From a virus, in IMG/VR virus record IMGVR_UViG_3300014914_000004, positions 14,678 to 78,677 of that record: a DNA stretch of 64,000 nucleotides; one strand, 5' to 3'. Below, piece by piece: positions 18,781-29,061 of this stretch; within the stretch, counting starts at the first letter, position 1; each line of letters opens with the position of its first letter. The translations under genes and the position numbers were made by a program. The notes under the pieces are model-generated. The model searched no databases, had not been told where the DNA came from, and was given only the letters and a program-made list of their open reading frames with translations.

Positions 18781-20304
18781 ATGGCTAATGCGGCTAATTT
18801 TAGAATAAACCAACTCTCTGCAGGTACGTACGGCTTAGCTCGGCGGGACATACTGCCTACAACGTTGGCCGGAGTTCCAGCCCAGTTTGAAGCCCTCAAT
18901 CCAGGGCTCACGTACTTGTGGGAAATAATTCAGCCTCCCGGATCAACGGCTACAATAGCGACACCTAATGCCCAGACAACCACCTGCAACGTTGAAAGCC
19001 GTGGCGGTTACGTCGTAAAGCTGACTGTAAATTTCGGCCTCCCGACCGAAGATGTATGTCTTATCTACATAGGGCTTGCGTACAGCACGAGCGGGTTATG
19101 TGGCCCAGCGCTCAACGAGACTATCGAAGATAATAGCCTGGGTACTCCCGAGTATGGTTGGGGTGAAAAGTTTCTTGTGTGGATGGCATGGGTAGAAGCC
19201 AATATTGGAGGAGGCTCTGGAGGGTTAAACTGGGGAGTCAGCGAGAAGGCCAGCAGTTACTCCGTACAGTCAACAGATAAGTACAGTATTTTCATTTCAA
19301 ATCCTGCGGTAGCCACCGATGTTACGTTTACGCTCCCTTCTCTGGCGTCCGTTCCCAACTTAGGTGACCCGTATTTCTTCTATCGAGGAGGCGACAGCAC
19401 TGTAGGGAATGTCATAATTACTACGCCTGACGGTGTTTTAGCGGAATCAGGAGCATTAGAAGCTTTCCAGTCGTCTAAGCTGCAATGTACCAACCCGGGA
19501 GGAGGGATTCGAGTAGAGCTGCTTTCCATTGCGGGAGGGATACCTCTATGGGGATGCTTCCCTCTTAGCGGTGAGTGGTACGATCCTGATATTTATGGTG
19601 CGATACATGACGCATCTTGGGATATTCTTCCTGTTCGAGTGGATGATGATAAGTATTTTTCTAAGAGTGGGGAGAGCCCCTTTGGGTACGGCACAGGCGG
19701 ACCTACTGCAGTTCGGTTAGGCCATCAGTATGCGCTCGCCCAGGGCATGTTCTCATTCGCACACGGTGACCAGTGTGACGCGCAGGATGCGTTCAGTTCT
19801 GCTACCGGACGCGGTGGGTGGGCACACTGGGATGCAGCCAAAGCACATGCGGCAGGATTTAAGTTAGACATTACAGGCCTTCCTATGCGGGGAAGCATGC
19901 AAATGGTGGACGTACCGATTTACGGTTACGCCGTAAGCACTGACTCTGCTGCTGTGTACGTAACAAATAAGGGGCGTGAGACGGTAGCTGCGTCTATCGA
20001 TCTGGAGCTTGGAAGTCAGCGGGCGTACGTAGGGCAGGTGTATTTGGTGGGAAAAGAGCAGAGCGCCGTTATTCCGGCAGTAGCTGCGTATATTATGGAC
20101 TTTGTGATCGATGATAATAGGCTTGTAGGCAAGAACATCCTGCAGGTAGGGCGAGACACTAACGCTCATATCGATGACTGGGATGTAGACCTGGATATTG
20201 TTGGAACGGATAAGCTAGGTATTTCCGTAGAAGTGGATGATGGCACGGTGTGGTGGAGTGGCCGCATTATGCTTTCTGAGATGTACGCTGAAGATCGACC
20301 GTAG
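18781..20304 (+). CDS. Virion structural or fibre protein with N-terminal PKD/Ig-like domain
   Basis: YLWEIIQPPGS and GGYVVKLTV Ig-like pattern; VTFTLPS fibre motif; short YadA-like repeats. Confidence 0.55.
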   Translation: MANAANFRINQLSAGTYGLARRDILPTTLAGVPAQFEALNPGLTYLWEIIQPPGSTATIATPNAQTTTCNVESRGGYVVKLTVNFGLPTEDVCLIYIGLAYSTSGLCGPALNETIEDNSLGTPEYGWGEKFLVWMAWVEANIGGGSGGLNWGVSEKASSYSVQSTDKYSIFISNPAVATDVTFTLPSLASVPNLGDPYFFYRGGDSTVGNVIITTPDGVLAESGALEAFQSSKLQCTNPGGGIRVELLSIAGGIPLWGCFPLSGEWYDPDIYGAIHDASWDILPVRVDDDKYFSKSGESPFGYGTGGPTAVRLGHQYALAQGMFSFAHGDQCDAQDAFSSATGRGGWAHWDAAKAHAAGFKLDITGLPMRGSMQMVDVPIYGYAVSTDSAAVYVTNKGRETVAASIDLELGSQRAYVGQVYLVGKEQSAVIPAVAAYIMDFVIDDNRLVGKNILQVGRDTNAHIDDWDVDLDIVGTDKLGISVEVDDGTVWWSGRIMLSEMYAEDRP

Positions 20305-20392
20305 TACTTGCCGTTCTGTTCGGCTCTCCCTATATTTTTGAATAAGAATACCTCGTAACTGTGTGCCATGAGCCGCAAGGAGAAGATACGCT

Positions 20393-23300
20393 ATGTCATT
20401 ACATTGGAAAACAAACGGAGATATCTCCTTTAACGATGCCAACTTTGCAGGAGGATACACTCAGTTAGGTGACGCTTTCGCGATGTCTAACGGTACATCC
20501 GGAGGCAGTTTTGGCAGGCTGGACACTGCACTAGGCGCACAGTCTTTCTTCGATAATGCGTATTACGATATCGGAGACATCCTGTCTGAGCTCGTCAACG
20601 AGGTAGACACGATTGCTTCTGCTTCAGGCGAAGCGAATACTGCCAGCAATGCAGGCACAGGTGTATCTCTGTATTACCAGAAAGCAGGGGTAGACTTAGA
20701 GTTCAACGGTATCAAGTCCGAGAACAATATGCTGAGCTGCACTCTGGATGCGGGGACACACGACATTGAGCTTACAGTTAATGTGGGAAATATCGACCAT
20801 GGAAGTTTGAACGCCACTTCACTGACTCACGATGACCACACAATTTACTCTCTGGCTGATGGCTCCAGAGACTACAGTGCGGCTGTTGAGTACGATGCGG
20901 ACTACAGCGGTACGTACACTGATCGCAGTTTGGTTGACAAAGGATACGTCGATGCTGTTGCAGCGGGACTCCATCCGAAAGCAGCTGTTCGAGTAGCGAC
21001 AACTGCCGACTTAGCGGCGTACACCAAGACAGGTACCGGCGTAGGCGCATACCTTGAGGCTGATGCGAATGGTTCGATTAATACCCCTGGTATTGACGGA
21101 ATTACTGATCTTGCAGCAGGCGACCGCATTTTATTTAAGAATGCAGCTGCCGGAGCTGAAACTGCAGACGCAGACAACGGACTCTACGAGGTCACCGTAG
21201 TAGGTACTGCAGGTACTCCTTGGAGAATTACACGTACTACAGACTTTGACGGATCGCCAGCCAGTGAGGTTCAGGGCGGTGATTTCATGTTCGTACAGGA
21301 AGGTACCGCTAATGCAGATTCCGGTTGGGTACTGGTCACTGACGGTACGATCACGGTAGACACGACAGCACTGCAGTTCACACAGTTTTCCGGTGCTGGT
21401 CAGATTTCTGCAGGTACAGGCCTGACTAAAGACGGCAATACGATTCACATAGGTGATGGTTCCACCGGAGACATTGGCGGTATCAACCGTACAGCCAGTG
21501 ACATCTCAGTAGCAGTAGACGGCAGTACGATGCAGGTCACAGGAAATCAGATCGCAATTGACACCTGGACACTTGACGACGCGTATACGAGCGGTTCCGA
21601 TGCAAACGTGGGAGTAGACTCCTACAGCGTGGATTGGCAGCTTGCAGGCACATCCTATGCGTTCCAAATTACATCCACAAATGACACCGTAAGCTTTACT
21701 GGTGATGGTGGTGGCGATATTGATGCCGTAATGAATGTTCAAAGTTTGGACGTAGACACTACGGGTGTAATTTCTCTGGACACGGTATATGATGACGCTT
21801 CCGCCGTTAGTATCACCACTAATGGAGGCACTAAAGAGCGCGTCACTGTTACAAATACCCAAGGGGATAATAATCTGGCTATCGGACTTATTGCTCCGGC
21901 AGGAGGTATTACGCTAGACGCAAACAAGGTATATCTTACGTCAGACACGGATACTACCTGGGAGCTTTCAGCGGATGAGGCTACGTCTCATACGATGGTA
22001 ATCACTTCGACTAATGTCGGAGCAGGGACCGCAGTGCTCGATGTTAATGTAGATGATGCGATTACGATTGATTCCACTAATGCCGGTATATCGTTGGATG
22101 CAGCGGGAGCTTCAAACTTCACAACTTCCTCAGGGAACCTTGCTCTTAGTGCTTCCTCCATATTGGATCTTGACGGTGGGTCGGACGTTACAATTAACGC
22201 GGGAGGCTCTGTATACGCCGTAGCAACTTCTGGTGTTCAGCTAACAGGTCCTGCAGGTATTAATCTTGCTACCACTAATCAGGAGCTTGATATCAGTACT
22301 GGAACGGGCGCAGTAGACATTAATAGTGGTGCGTTTACAGTAGATGCTGGTGGAGCTTCGCACATCAACACTGCTAGTGCAAATCTTACGCTAAGCACTA
22401 CTACAGCAGGCAATTTGGTCCTCAACAGTGCGGCGGGCATCACATTCACAGACGGGAACTGGGACGGCACTACTGATCCTATCCCCTTCACGGATGGAAG
22501 TTCCACTAACTTCAGTGCATTCTCTACTCCGCCTCTTTCGTTGGTGCACGCCATCAACCTGGCGTACGCTGCTGGTGGCGCAGCTAACAGTTTGCAGGAG
22601 GTGTATACGGCTGACGACAACACCGTGACTATGACAGCAGCTATCGGAACGGTAGCGTGGACGGGTGCAGCAAACCAAAACAGTGAGATAATGACGTTTT
22701 CACAGCTCGACACCACGAATGATCCTGACGTCATCCTGATCACCAATGCAGGTACAGGAGCTTCGATTGAGTTGGCGGGTGCAGGTACTCGATCCATCAA
22801 CTCCGCAAGTGCTAACCTGGCACTTACTACGACTACCTCAGGCGCAATCACAGCTGATTCAGCGGGCGCAATCTCGTTGGATGCAGCAGCAGCCTCGAAC
22901 TTCACTACCTCTGCAGGAGCACTCACTCTGGACGGTGCTGGCGGCATCTCTCTTGTAGGTAATGCTGCAGAGATAGATCTCACTACTACAGGCGCTATTG
23001 ACCTCAACAGTGCCGCGGGTAGCTGGACAGCGACTGCTGGATTGGCATTCGCAGCCACAGACGATATTGATTTTGATGCTGACGTATATAACTTCGGCAC
23101 AACAGCTGCTGGAGTATGGGAAGACTCCGTTACTGTATCCGCAGGCAACGTAGACAGTCAGCTTGCTCAGGCCAGCATGACACATGCTGGGGTACAGACT
23201 TCTGGCGCCGCGTTTACGCGCTTAACTGCAGGTACTTCAGAGCTCATTATGGGTGCACAACACAAGACCATGGCAGGGCGCGTAGTGGTTATCGGGATGA

Positions 23301-23560
23301 AGGAAGGCGACACGGAAGTAATCGGATACATCATTGACTTCGTAGCTGAAGCAGCTTCTATCGCTACTGGAGCCGCTGTAATCCACGGGTACAATGTGAC
23401 GGAGATCGCAAACGCCGGCACAACTTCTGCTTGGGACGCTCAGGTTGTCGGTGCTGCTGATGGCAGTAACTGGGGACGTGTAGAGATTCAGGTTAAGGGT
23501 GAAGCTGATGTAAGCTGGTCTGCTAACATGCAGACTTCGGAAGTAGTAGTATCGTCTTAG
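20393..23560 (+). CDS. Long tail or head fibre protein
   Basis: KGYVD, KAAVRVATT, GDRIL, NGLY, RTTDFD, FVQEGT, FTQFSGAG module common in phage fibres; T/A/G/S-rich beta repeats. Confidence 0.75.
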   Translation: MSLHWKTNGDISFNDANFAGGYTQLGDAFAMSNGTSGGSFGRLDTALGAQSFFDNAYYDIGDILSELVNEVDTIASASGEANTASNAGTGVSLYYQKAGVDLEFNGIKSENNMLSCTLDAGTHDIELTVNVGNIDHGSLNATSLTHDDHTIYSLADGSRDYSAAVEYDADYSGTYTDRSLVDKGYVDAVAAGLHPKAAVRVATTADLAAYTKTGTGVGAYLEADANGSINTPGIDGITDLAAGDRILFKNAAAGAETADADNGLYEVTVVGTAGTPWRITRTTDFDGSPASEVQGGDFMFVQEGTANADSGWVLVTDGTITVDTTALQFTQFSGAGQISAGTGLTKDGNTIHIGDGSTGDIGGINRTASDISVAVDGSTMQVTGNQIAIDTWTLDDAYTSGSDANVGVDSYSVDWQLAGTSYAFQITSTNDTVSFTGDGGGDIDAVMNVQSLDVDTTGVISLDTVYDDASAVSITTNGGTKERVTVTNTQGDNNLAIGLIAPAGGITLDANKVYLTSDTDTTWELSADEATSHTMVITSTNVGAGTAVLDVNVDDAITIDSTNAGISLDAAGASNFTTSSGNLALSASSILDLDGGSDVTINAGGSVYAVATSGVQLTGPAGINLATTNQELDISTGTGAVDINSGAFTVDAGGASHINTASANLTLSTTTAGNLVLNSAAGITFTDGNWDGTTDPIPFTDGSSTNFSAFSTPPLSLVHAINLAYAAGGAANSLQEVYTADDNTVTMTAAIGTVAWTGAANQNSEIMTFSQLDTTNDPDVILITNAGTGASIELAGAGTRSINSASANLALTTTTSGAITADSAGAISLDAAAASNFTTSAGALTLDGAGGISLVGNAAEIDLTTTGAIDLNSAAGSWTATAGLAFAATDDIDFDADVYNFGTTAAGVWEDSVTVSAGNVDSQLAQASMTHAGVQTSGAAFTRLTAGTSELIMGAQHKTMAGRVVVIGMKEGDTEVIGYIIDFVAEAASIATGAAVIHGYNVTEIANAGTTSAWDAQVVGAADGSNWGRVEIQVKGEADVSWSANMQTSEVVVSS

Positions 23561-23584
23561 AAGTGATATTTCTTAGTTAGGATT

Positions 23585-23622
23585 AAAAGGTCTTACACTT
23601 TACGGTGTAAGGCCTTTTTTTT
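23585..23622 (+). terminator. Intrinsic terminator
   Basis: AAGGTCTTACAC/GTGTAAGGCCTT stem followed by a T run. Confidence 0.85.
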
Positions 23623-23657
23623 CGTAGAATTATGTAGTAACTAAACGGAGTCACCAG

Positions 23658-26600
23658 ATGAGCTTCATGGAAAAAACTGACGGCCAATTTGCTTGGGAAG
23701 ACGGATATAAGCTACATCCTACCTGTACATACAGTGACGTGTTTATGTTGGCGGGCTCCATAGGTGAATGGAACGATTACGGAGATATGTTCGGAGCGAG
23801 CGGCGTACATACGATTATTGGAGCGCTGAACCATCTTCAAACACAGGTAAGTGCAGATTCACTTTGGGACCGATCAGGGACTGTACTTATACCGGACACT
23901 GCAACCGACACCCTTCGAGTTGGAGAGGGGAGTAAGACTGCTCCCAGCTATGCCTTTGGAGGTAACGTAGACTCAGGTATGTACTCTGATGTAGCAGGAG
24001 GTAAGTACCTCGCTTTTTCTGCTAACGACAATGAAGTACTGTCGGTGTCAGGCACCAAGGGATGGATCATATCTGCAGCAGGCTTTGACCTGGCAGCGAC
24101 AGGGGAAGTTGATATAGACGCGAGTGCTTTTGCTCTGGATGCTACGAGCACGTCTAATCTGACGGTTACAGGAACCTCATCGGTGGACCTGACCCTTTCT
24201 GCAACAACTTCCTCAGGGGATTCCAGAGTGCTGATTTCTTCTGGGAGTGAGATTGATCTTAGTACTGGTAACGTAGATATAAATGCCACAGGAGCCTTCA
24301 CTATCGATGGTGTTGCTACGTCCAATGTCACGGTCAGTGGTACTGGAACAGTAGCGCTCAATCTTGAGGCTACCTCAGGAACTTCAGCGGCGGATGTGAA
24401 CATAGTTGCTGACAGGGAGATTGACCTTACGTCGAGCGCCGTGGATATCAACGCAGTTGCTGCTGTTGATATAAACGCAGGAGCCACATCGGTCTTCGTA
24501 GTGGACGGCGCACATCTTACTGTAGGTACCAGCACTTCAGGTAACGCTACTTTAAGCGGAGCTACGAATGCTTCTATTCGTGCAGGCTCGGGGGTATTCG
24601 ATGTTCGCACCAATGCTACACCCGTACAGCGACTAGAAATTAATGCAGATGGCGATTGGGACGTGGACGCTAAAGGGTATGTGCATGTATCTACGAGTGC
24701 TACTACGATAGATGCCAGCGCCCTTTCACTAGACGCCACGAGCACGTCTAATCTGACAGTGACTGGAACTGCTGCAGTAGATTTAGCTATCGGAGCAACT
24801 ACCAGCTCAGGAGATGCAAGAGTCCTCATTACTGCTGGCTCAGAGATAGACCTTACGGCTAGTAACGTAGATATAAATGCGACAGCCGCTTTCTCCGTAG
24901 ATGGTGTTACCGATTCCAATGTTTCGGTGGCAGGAACAGGGACGGTAGCGCTCAGCATAGCTGCTACTTCAAGCACCTCCGCAGCAGACGTAAATATTTC
25001 TGCTGATAGGGAGATTGATCTTACGGCTAGTACCGTAGATATCAATGCTGCTGCAGCTGTCAGTATGAATGCGGGAGCCACTTCCATATTTACGGTAGCG
25101 GGTGCCGACCTAACGTTGACTACGACTACGTCCGGTACCATCACACTTGGAGGAGCGACCAACACATCGGTTCGTTCAGGCTCTGGAGTGTTTGATATCC
25201 GCACAAATGCCTCTCCAGTACAGAGGTTACAGATTAATGCGTCCGGAGACTGGGATGCTGATGCGAACGATTACGCGCTCGATGCTGTAGAAGGTATTTC
25301 ACTTGATGCGGCATCGGCCTCTAATTTTACAGTTGCGGGAGACACCCTTTCACTGGCTACTACGACCAGTGGCAGCATGATCATTAACTCCGCGGAGAAC
25401 GTAACATTTACTTACAACGAGGCCGCAGCAGGCAGTGCTCTTTACCTAGTGAACGACGACACTACGGTTGCCACGTTTTCTTCGAGTATTGCATTCCAGG
25501 CATTGACTGACGGCAACATTACGCTAACTGTCACGGATTCCCTGGTTACTGGACCTGCTATCACCCTTGATGCAAATGGGGCAGCTGCAGCGATCAATCT
25601 GGATTCGGATTTTGACATTACAAACGTATATAACAACGCGGCAGGCGCAGGCAGCTATTCTATCTACGAAGATACAACACAGATTTTAGATATAGACGCT
25701 TCTGGGGCAGTGAAGTGGACACCCGGAGGCGCGTTCGAGATAGACACGGACGCAAACACTACGAGTGGGTATTCGCTGATAGATGGTATTTATTTTGTAA
25801 ATGGGAAGAACACTACTGCTTTTGCAACATTACTGCAGGGGCTTTCAACAGGTGCGCACATCGTCTTAGGTCCTGGAACTCACGACATTAGTTGGACTAC
25901 GGCACAGACCTTCAGTCGAGATATGAAGATAAGTGGCTCAGGTGCGAGTACTACCGCTATTCGCTTTACAAGTAACGACGCTGATTGCTGTTTGAACTTC
26001 ACAGGTACGCTTGAACTGTACGGAGTAACCGTAACACGGTCAGTCTCGATGACTAACCAGGCGTATGCAATTCAGTTGGCGGCACCTGGTTCTATCATTT
26101 CGGATTGCATATTTGAAACGGATGCTCAAGCTGCTCCGACTTGGACTAGTATTAGTGTTTTGGCTGCTGCCGAAGACACTGTACTGCGGAATATTCGTTT
26201 TGAGACAAACTACTCTTCCTACTGGCACATCAATGCAAATGCTCCGAGGATCCAAATAGACAACTGTACTGCTACGGGCGAAGACGATAGTACAGGCTCA
26301 GTAAAGCTCACAGCGACCGCAGAGTATTCTAAAGTAGTGAACTGTTATTTCCAAAGTAGCAATGGAGCGACTGCGACACCTAATTTGGAGATCGCAGCGG
26401 ACTATGTGAAAGTGACAGACAGCACGTTTATCGCAGGGACATCTGCTGCGACAGGACATGGAGTCAGATGCTTTACGTTTAGTGGAGGACACACGACTGT
26501 CTCAGGCTGCACGGTACACGCATTGTGGCCTGCTTCAAATAATTGCACTGATCGTATTGTATCGGTAGCAGGCTCTAGTAATCGTTTTGTCAACTCTGAG

Positions 26601-27119
26601 TTTAAGCAGCTTGGATACAACTACACTTCATCCGCGGCTATCGCAGGCGGGGCCATTAACGTAACGTCAAGCCATTTCCGCATGGAAAACTGTCATGTGG
26701 AAGCAGAGGACTGCAAAGCGGCCTTGTACTTCAGTGGAGGGGCTGACTATCCTTATATTGCCAACACCTACATAGCAAAAGTCCATTCGTTTGATGGTGC
26801 GACTCGAGAGTCTGCGTGTATTTACACCCAATCAGGTTGCCACTACGGCTCCATCAGTCACAACTATTTGTATCCTGATGGGAGTACTCTTGCTTATGCG
26901 GTGGGAGGAAGTGCCTCTAATGGGAGCGATTACTGGAGTATAATAGGGAACGTAGTACGTTTGGGTGCAGGCCCATGCAGGGGTATTCGTGTTTCGCAAT
27001 ACCAGAACTGTACTGTTATAGGGAACACGGCTAATCCGGCAGGGAGTGCAGTCTATGGGACGAATACTAATAACGAGTATGGGTCAGGAAGCAGTACTGC
27101 ACCAGGCACAAATAACTAA
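23658..27119 (+). CDS. Tail fibre or spike with C-terminal right-handed beta-helix (putative depolymerase)
   Basis: APSYAF fibre motif; VLGPGTH and ISGSGASTT beta-helix entry, followed by I/V-x-N/D-C-x-F repeats. Confidence 0.75.
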   Translation: MSFMEKTDGQFAWEDGYKLHPTCTYSDVFMLAGSIGEWNDYGDMFGASGVHTIIGALNHLQTQVSADSLWDRSGTVLIPDTATDTLRVGEGSKTAPSYAFGGNVDSGMYSDVAGGKYLAFSANDNEVLSVSGTKGWIISAAGFDLAATGEVDIDASAFALDATSTSNLTVTGTSSVDLTLSATTSSGDSRVLISSGSEIDLSTGNVDINATGAFTIDGVATSNVTVSGTGTVALNLEATSGTSAADVNIVADREIDLTSSAVDINAVAAVDINAGATSVFVVDGAHLTVGTSTSGNATLSGATNASIRAGSGVFDVRTNATPVQRLEINADGDWDVDAKGYVHVSTSATTIDASALSLDATSTSNLTVTGTAAVDLAIGATTSSGDARVLITAGSEIDLTASNVDINATAAFSVDGVTDSNVSVAGTGTVALSIAATSSTSAADVNISADREIDLTASTVDINAAAAVSMNAGATSIFTVAGADLTLTTTTSGTITLGGATNTSVRSGSGVFDIRTNASPVQRLQINASGDWDADANDYALDAVEGISLDAASASNFTVAGDTLSLATTTSGSMIINSAENVTFTYNEAAAGSALYLVNDDTTVATFSSSIAFQALTDGNITLTVTDSLVTGPAITLDANGAAAAINLDSDFDITNVYNNAAGAGSYSIYEDTTQILDIDASGAVKWTPGGAFEIDTDANTTSGYSLIDGIYFVNGKNTTAFATLLQGLSTGAHIVLGPGTHDISWTTAQTFSRDMKISGSGASTTAIRFTSNDADCCLNFTGTLELYGVTVTRSVSMTNQAYAIQLAAPGSIISDCIFETDAQAAPTWTSISVLAAAEDTVLRNIRFETNYSSYWHINANAPRIQIDNCTATGEDDSTGSVKLTATAEYSKVVNCYFQSSNGATATPNLEIAADYVKVTDSTFIAGTSAATGHGVRCFTFSGGHTTVSGCTVHALWPASNNCTDRIVSVAGSSNRFVNSEFKQLGYNYTSSAAIAGGAINVTSSHFRMENCHVEAEDCKAALYFSGGADYPYIANTYIAKVHSFDGATRESACIYTQSGCHYGSISHNYLYPDGSTLAYAVGGSASNGSDYWSIIGNVVRLGAGPCRGIRVSQYQNCTVIGNTANPAGSAVYGTNTNNEYGSGSSTAPGTNN
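24114..25270 (+). repeat. Intragenic tandem duplication, period 594 nt (198 aa)
   Basis: IDASAFALDATSTSNLTVTG through PVQRLEINADGDWD is repeated as IDASALSLDATSTSNLTVTG through PVQRLQINASGDWD, starting at 24114 and 24708. Confidence 0.9.
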
Positions 27120-27132
27120 AGGATAAACTGAG

Positions 27133-27381
27133 ATGGCAACGGCTAGTGAGTTAAGAACACAGATCGCGTCTAAAGAGGCGGACATCAAAGATTATGAAGA
27201 TTTGATTGCACCTCTTCACGTGGATATTAAAGATTTGAACGTAACCCTCGAATCTCAACAGGCTGCGTGTGAGCATCTAAGTATTGCTACCGGTGAGGTA
27301 GTAGATGGCAGGATAATACTTACCTGCGAGAATTCTGATTGTGGCATGCAATGGGTTGCCACTGTTTCTCCTTCCGGCTAA
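27133..27381 (+). CDS. Small coiled-coil/Cys protein
   Basis: Heptad N-terminus; CEH and CENSDC. Confidence 0.55.
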   Translation: MATASELRTQIASKEADIKDYEDLIAPLHVDIKDLNVTLESQQAACEHLSIATGEVVDGRIILTCENSDCGMQWVATVSPSG

Positions 27382-27462
27382 GGCTCTCCTACTGGACAAG
27401 ACACATGTTATGTGTTTTAACAGGTACTAACGCAGCAAAAAAAATAAAGGAGAGTGTCTGCC

Positions 27463-28083
27463 ATGTCATTCAAAGCCCCTGTCACCACAACTAACCGTGA
27501 CCTGCTCAGATTAAACCGAGTACTCGATACTTACGGGAGTATCCGGGATGGACGATTAGCGTTTGCCCTGGCACGTAACCGTCTGAGTATAAAGTCGTAC
27601 ACAGATACGTTGGATGAGATTCGCACTCCGGCTCCTGATGACCCAGAACTCCTGGAGAAGTACAAGGTGTATGAGGGTAAGCGGCTGGAGTTGAACAAGA
27701 AGCATGCGCGAAAAGACGCTGACGGGAACCCTATGCAGAACCAGGGAGGGTTCATGATCGAAGATCAGGTAGCGTTTGATGCTGCGTACAAAGCTCTGGG
27801 GAAAAAGCACCCGGAGGCAGTGGCAGAGCGTGACCGGATAAGTAAGGCCTTCGATGATGCTATGGGTATGGAAGTGGACTATCAACCCTACGCTATCCCT
27901 TACCGCAAAGTACCTGAGAATGCCATTGCAGCTCAGGACTTAGCTATCTTCCTTGAGTTTGAGATTATTACAGGGGAGCCAGACTGGGGAGACGACGATG
28001 ATGAGGCAGAGGATCTTCCAGCACCCACTCCAATAAAAAAGAGCAGACCTAAGGGCGCCGCTAAGAAACGTAAGAAAAAATAA
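27463..28083 (+). CDS. Hypothetical protein (possible fibre assembly chaperone)
   Basis: AAGGAG SD; follows the fibre genes; acidic then basic tail. Confidence 0.55.
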   Translation: MSFKAPVTTTNRDLLRLNRVLDTYGSIRDGRLAFALARNRLSIKSYTDTLDEIRTPAPDDPELLEKYKVYEGKRLELNKKHARKDADGNPMQNQGGFMIEDQVAFDAAYKALGKKHPEAVAERDRISKAFDDAMGMEVDYQPYAIPYRKVPENAIAAQDLAIFLEFEIITGEPDWGDDDDEAEDLPAPTPIKKSRPKGAAKKRKKK

Positions 28084-28117
28084 GCAGTTCCTCCTATACT
28101 TTCCTAGAGGTGGTTGC

Positions 28118-28564
28118 ATGGCAGTTAAGGTTGGAGGATTTGGAATTATACCTTTTGGGAGGTCCCAGTTCGGGCACGGATTCCCTGATATAGAGCCACG
28201 TTTTTTATCGTCCAGACCTTTGGACAAGAGTATTAACGTGTCGCAAGACGCTACTTTGAAGTTTACGACGTATTGTTTTTCCAGTTGGATTGACGTAGAC
28301 GAGCCTCTTCCTGGGGTCCAGGTTGAGATCAGTGAAGATGCCGGCAACACATTCGTACCTGCGTATGCTTCAGGTGCGTTTGTAGCTCCTTATGATGGGG
28401 TGAACAGCAAAGTGCGCAGGACGGAAGGTCACGAATTGACTTTCTATATCCAAAAGACCGCAGACTGGCCTCTCAGTACCGCCGTGATGATCCGGTACAC
28501 TGGGGTAGATAACTATGGGCAGGTGGCTAGTAAAGAGGCACCTGTAGTCTGGGGCTATGTCTGA
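28118..28564 (+). CDS. Virion protein with Ig-like domain
   Basis: GGFGIIPFGRSQFG N-terminal motif; beta-rich. Confidence 0.5.
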   Translation: MAVKVGGFGIIPFGRSQFGHGFPDIEPRFLSSRPLDKSINVSQDATLKFTTYCFSSWIDVDEPLPGVQVEISEDAGNTFVPAYASGAFVAPYDGVNSKVRRTEGHELTFYIQKTADWPLSTAVMIRYTGVDNYGQVASKEAPVVWGYV

Positions 28565-29061
28565 TGCCTTACACCTGGGAATTCAATACCGGAGGACTTC
28601 CTCCGGGCCCACTAGGGAAGAAGTGCCACCGGGGACCTATGATCGACATCGAGATTGTGATGTCGAAACCGTTCACGATTGTTCCAGGGGCAGAAGCACT
28701 GCGCGGTAGACTTCTAGCACATATAGTAGACACGTCCTTTATTGCAGTTCGGACTCGAGAAGTGGTTCTCAGGGTACTGAATAGTAACCTGGGGCCTATG
28801 TATGTGACTCTTAATAACGATAGAAATGTTCTTCTGGTAGACATTTGTGAGAAGCGAAACAGCGTACCTATTGATCATGAGTTGCGTGCCTGGGACAAAG
28901 ACTATGTAGATGTTGCCCGAAGGTTTAAAGACTTTGAGATTACTCCTCAGAGTATTGATTTGCTCTTGTCTGCTTTGAACTCAGTCAATCCGGTGTTTCG
29001 ATTAGCAGCGCGATGTGCAATAATCCTCATGGCTGCATACATCGAACAGCGGAGTGGCTGA
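28564..29061 (+). CDS. Hypothetical protein
   Basis: TGATG coupling on both sides. Confidence 0.55.
   Translation: MPYTWEFNTGGLPPGPLGKKCHRGPMIDIEIVMSKPFTIVPGAEALRGRLLAHIVDTSFIAVRTREVVLRVLNSNLGPMYVTLNNDRNVLLVDICEKRNSVPIDHELRAWDKDYVDVARRFKDFEITPQSIDLLLSALNSVNPVFRLAARCAIILMAAYIEQRSG

Noticed and set aside
22279-25204. Long antisense ORFs (22279-23148, 23948-25204)
   Set aside because: Shadows of the T/A/S/G-rich fibre genes; no SD or recognisable motifs.
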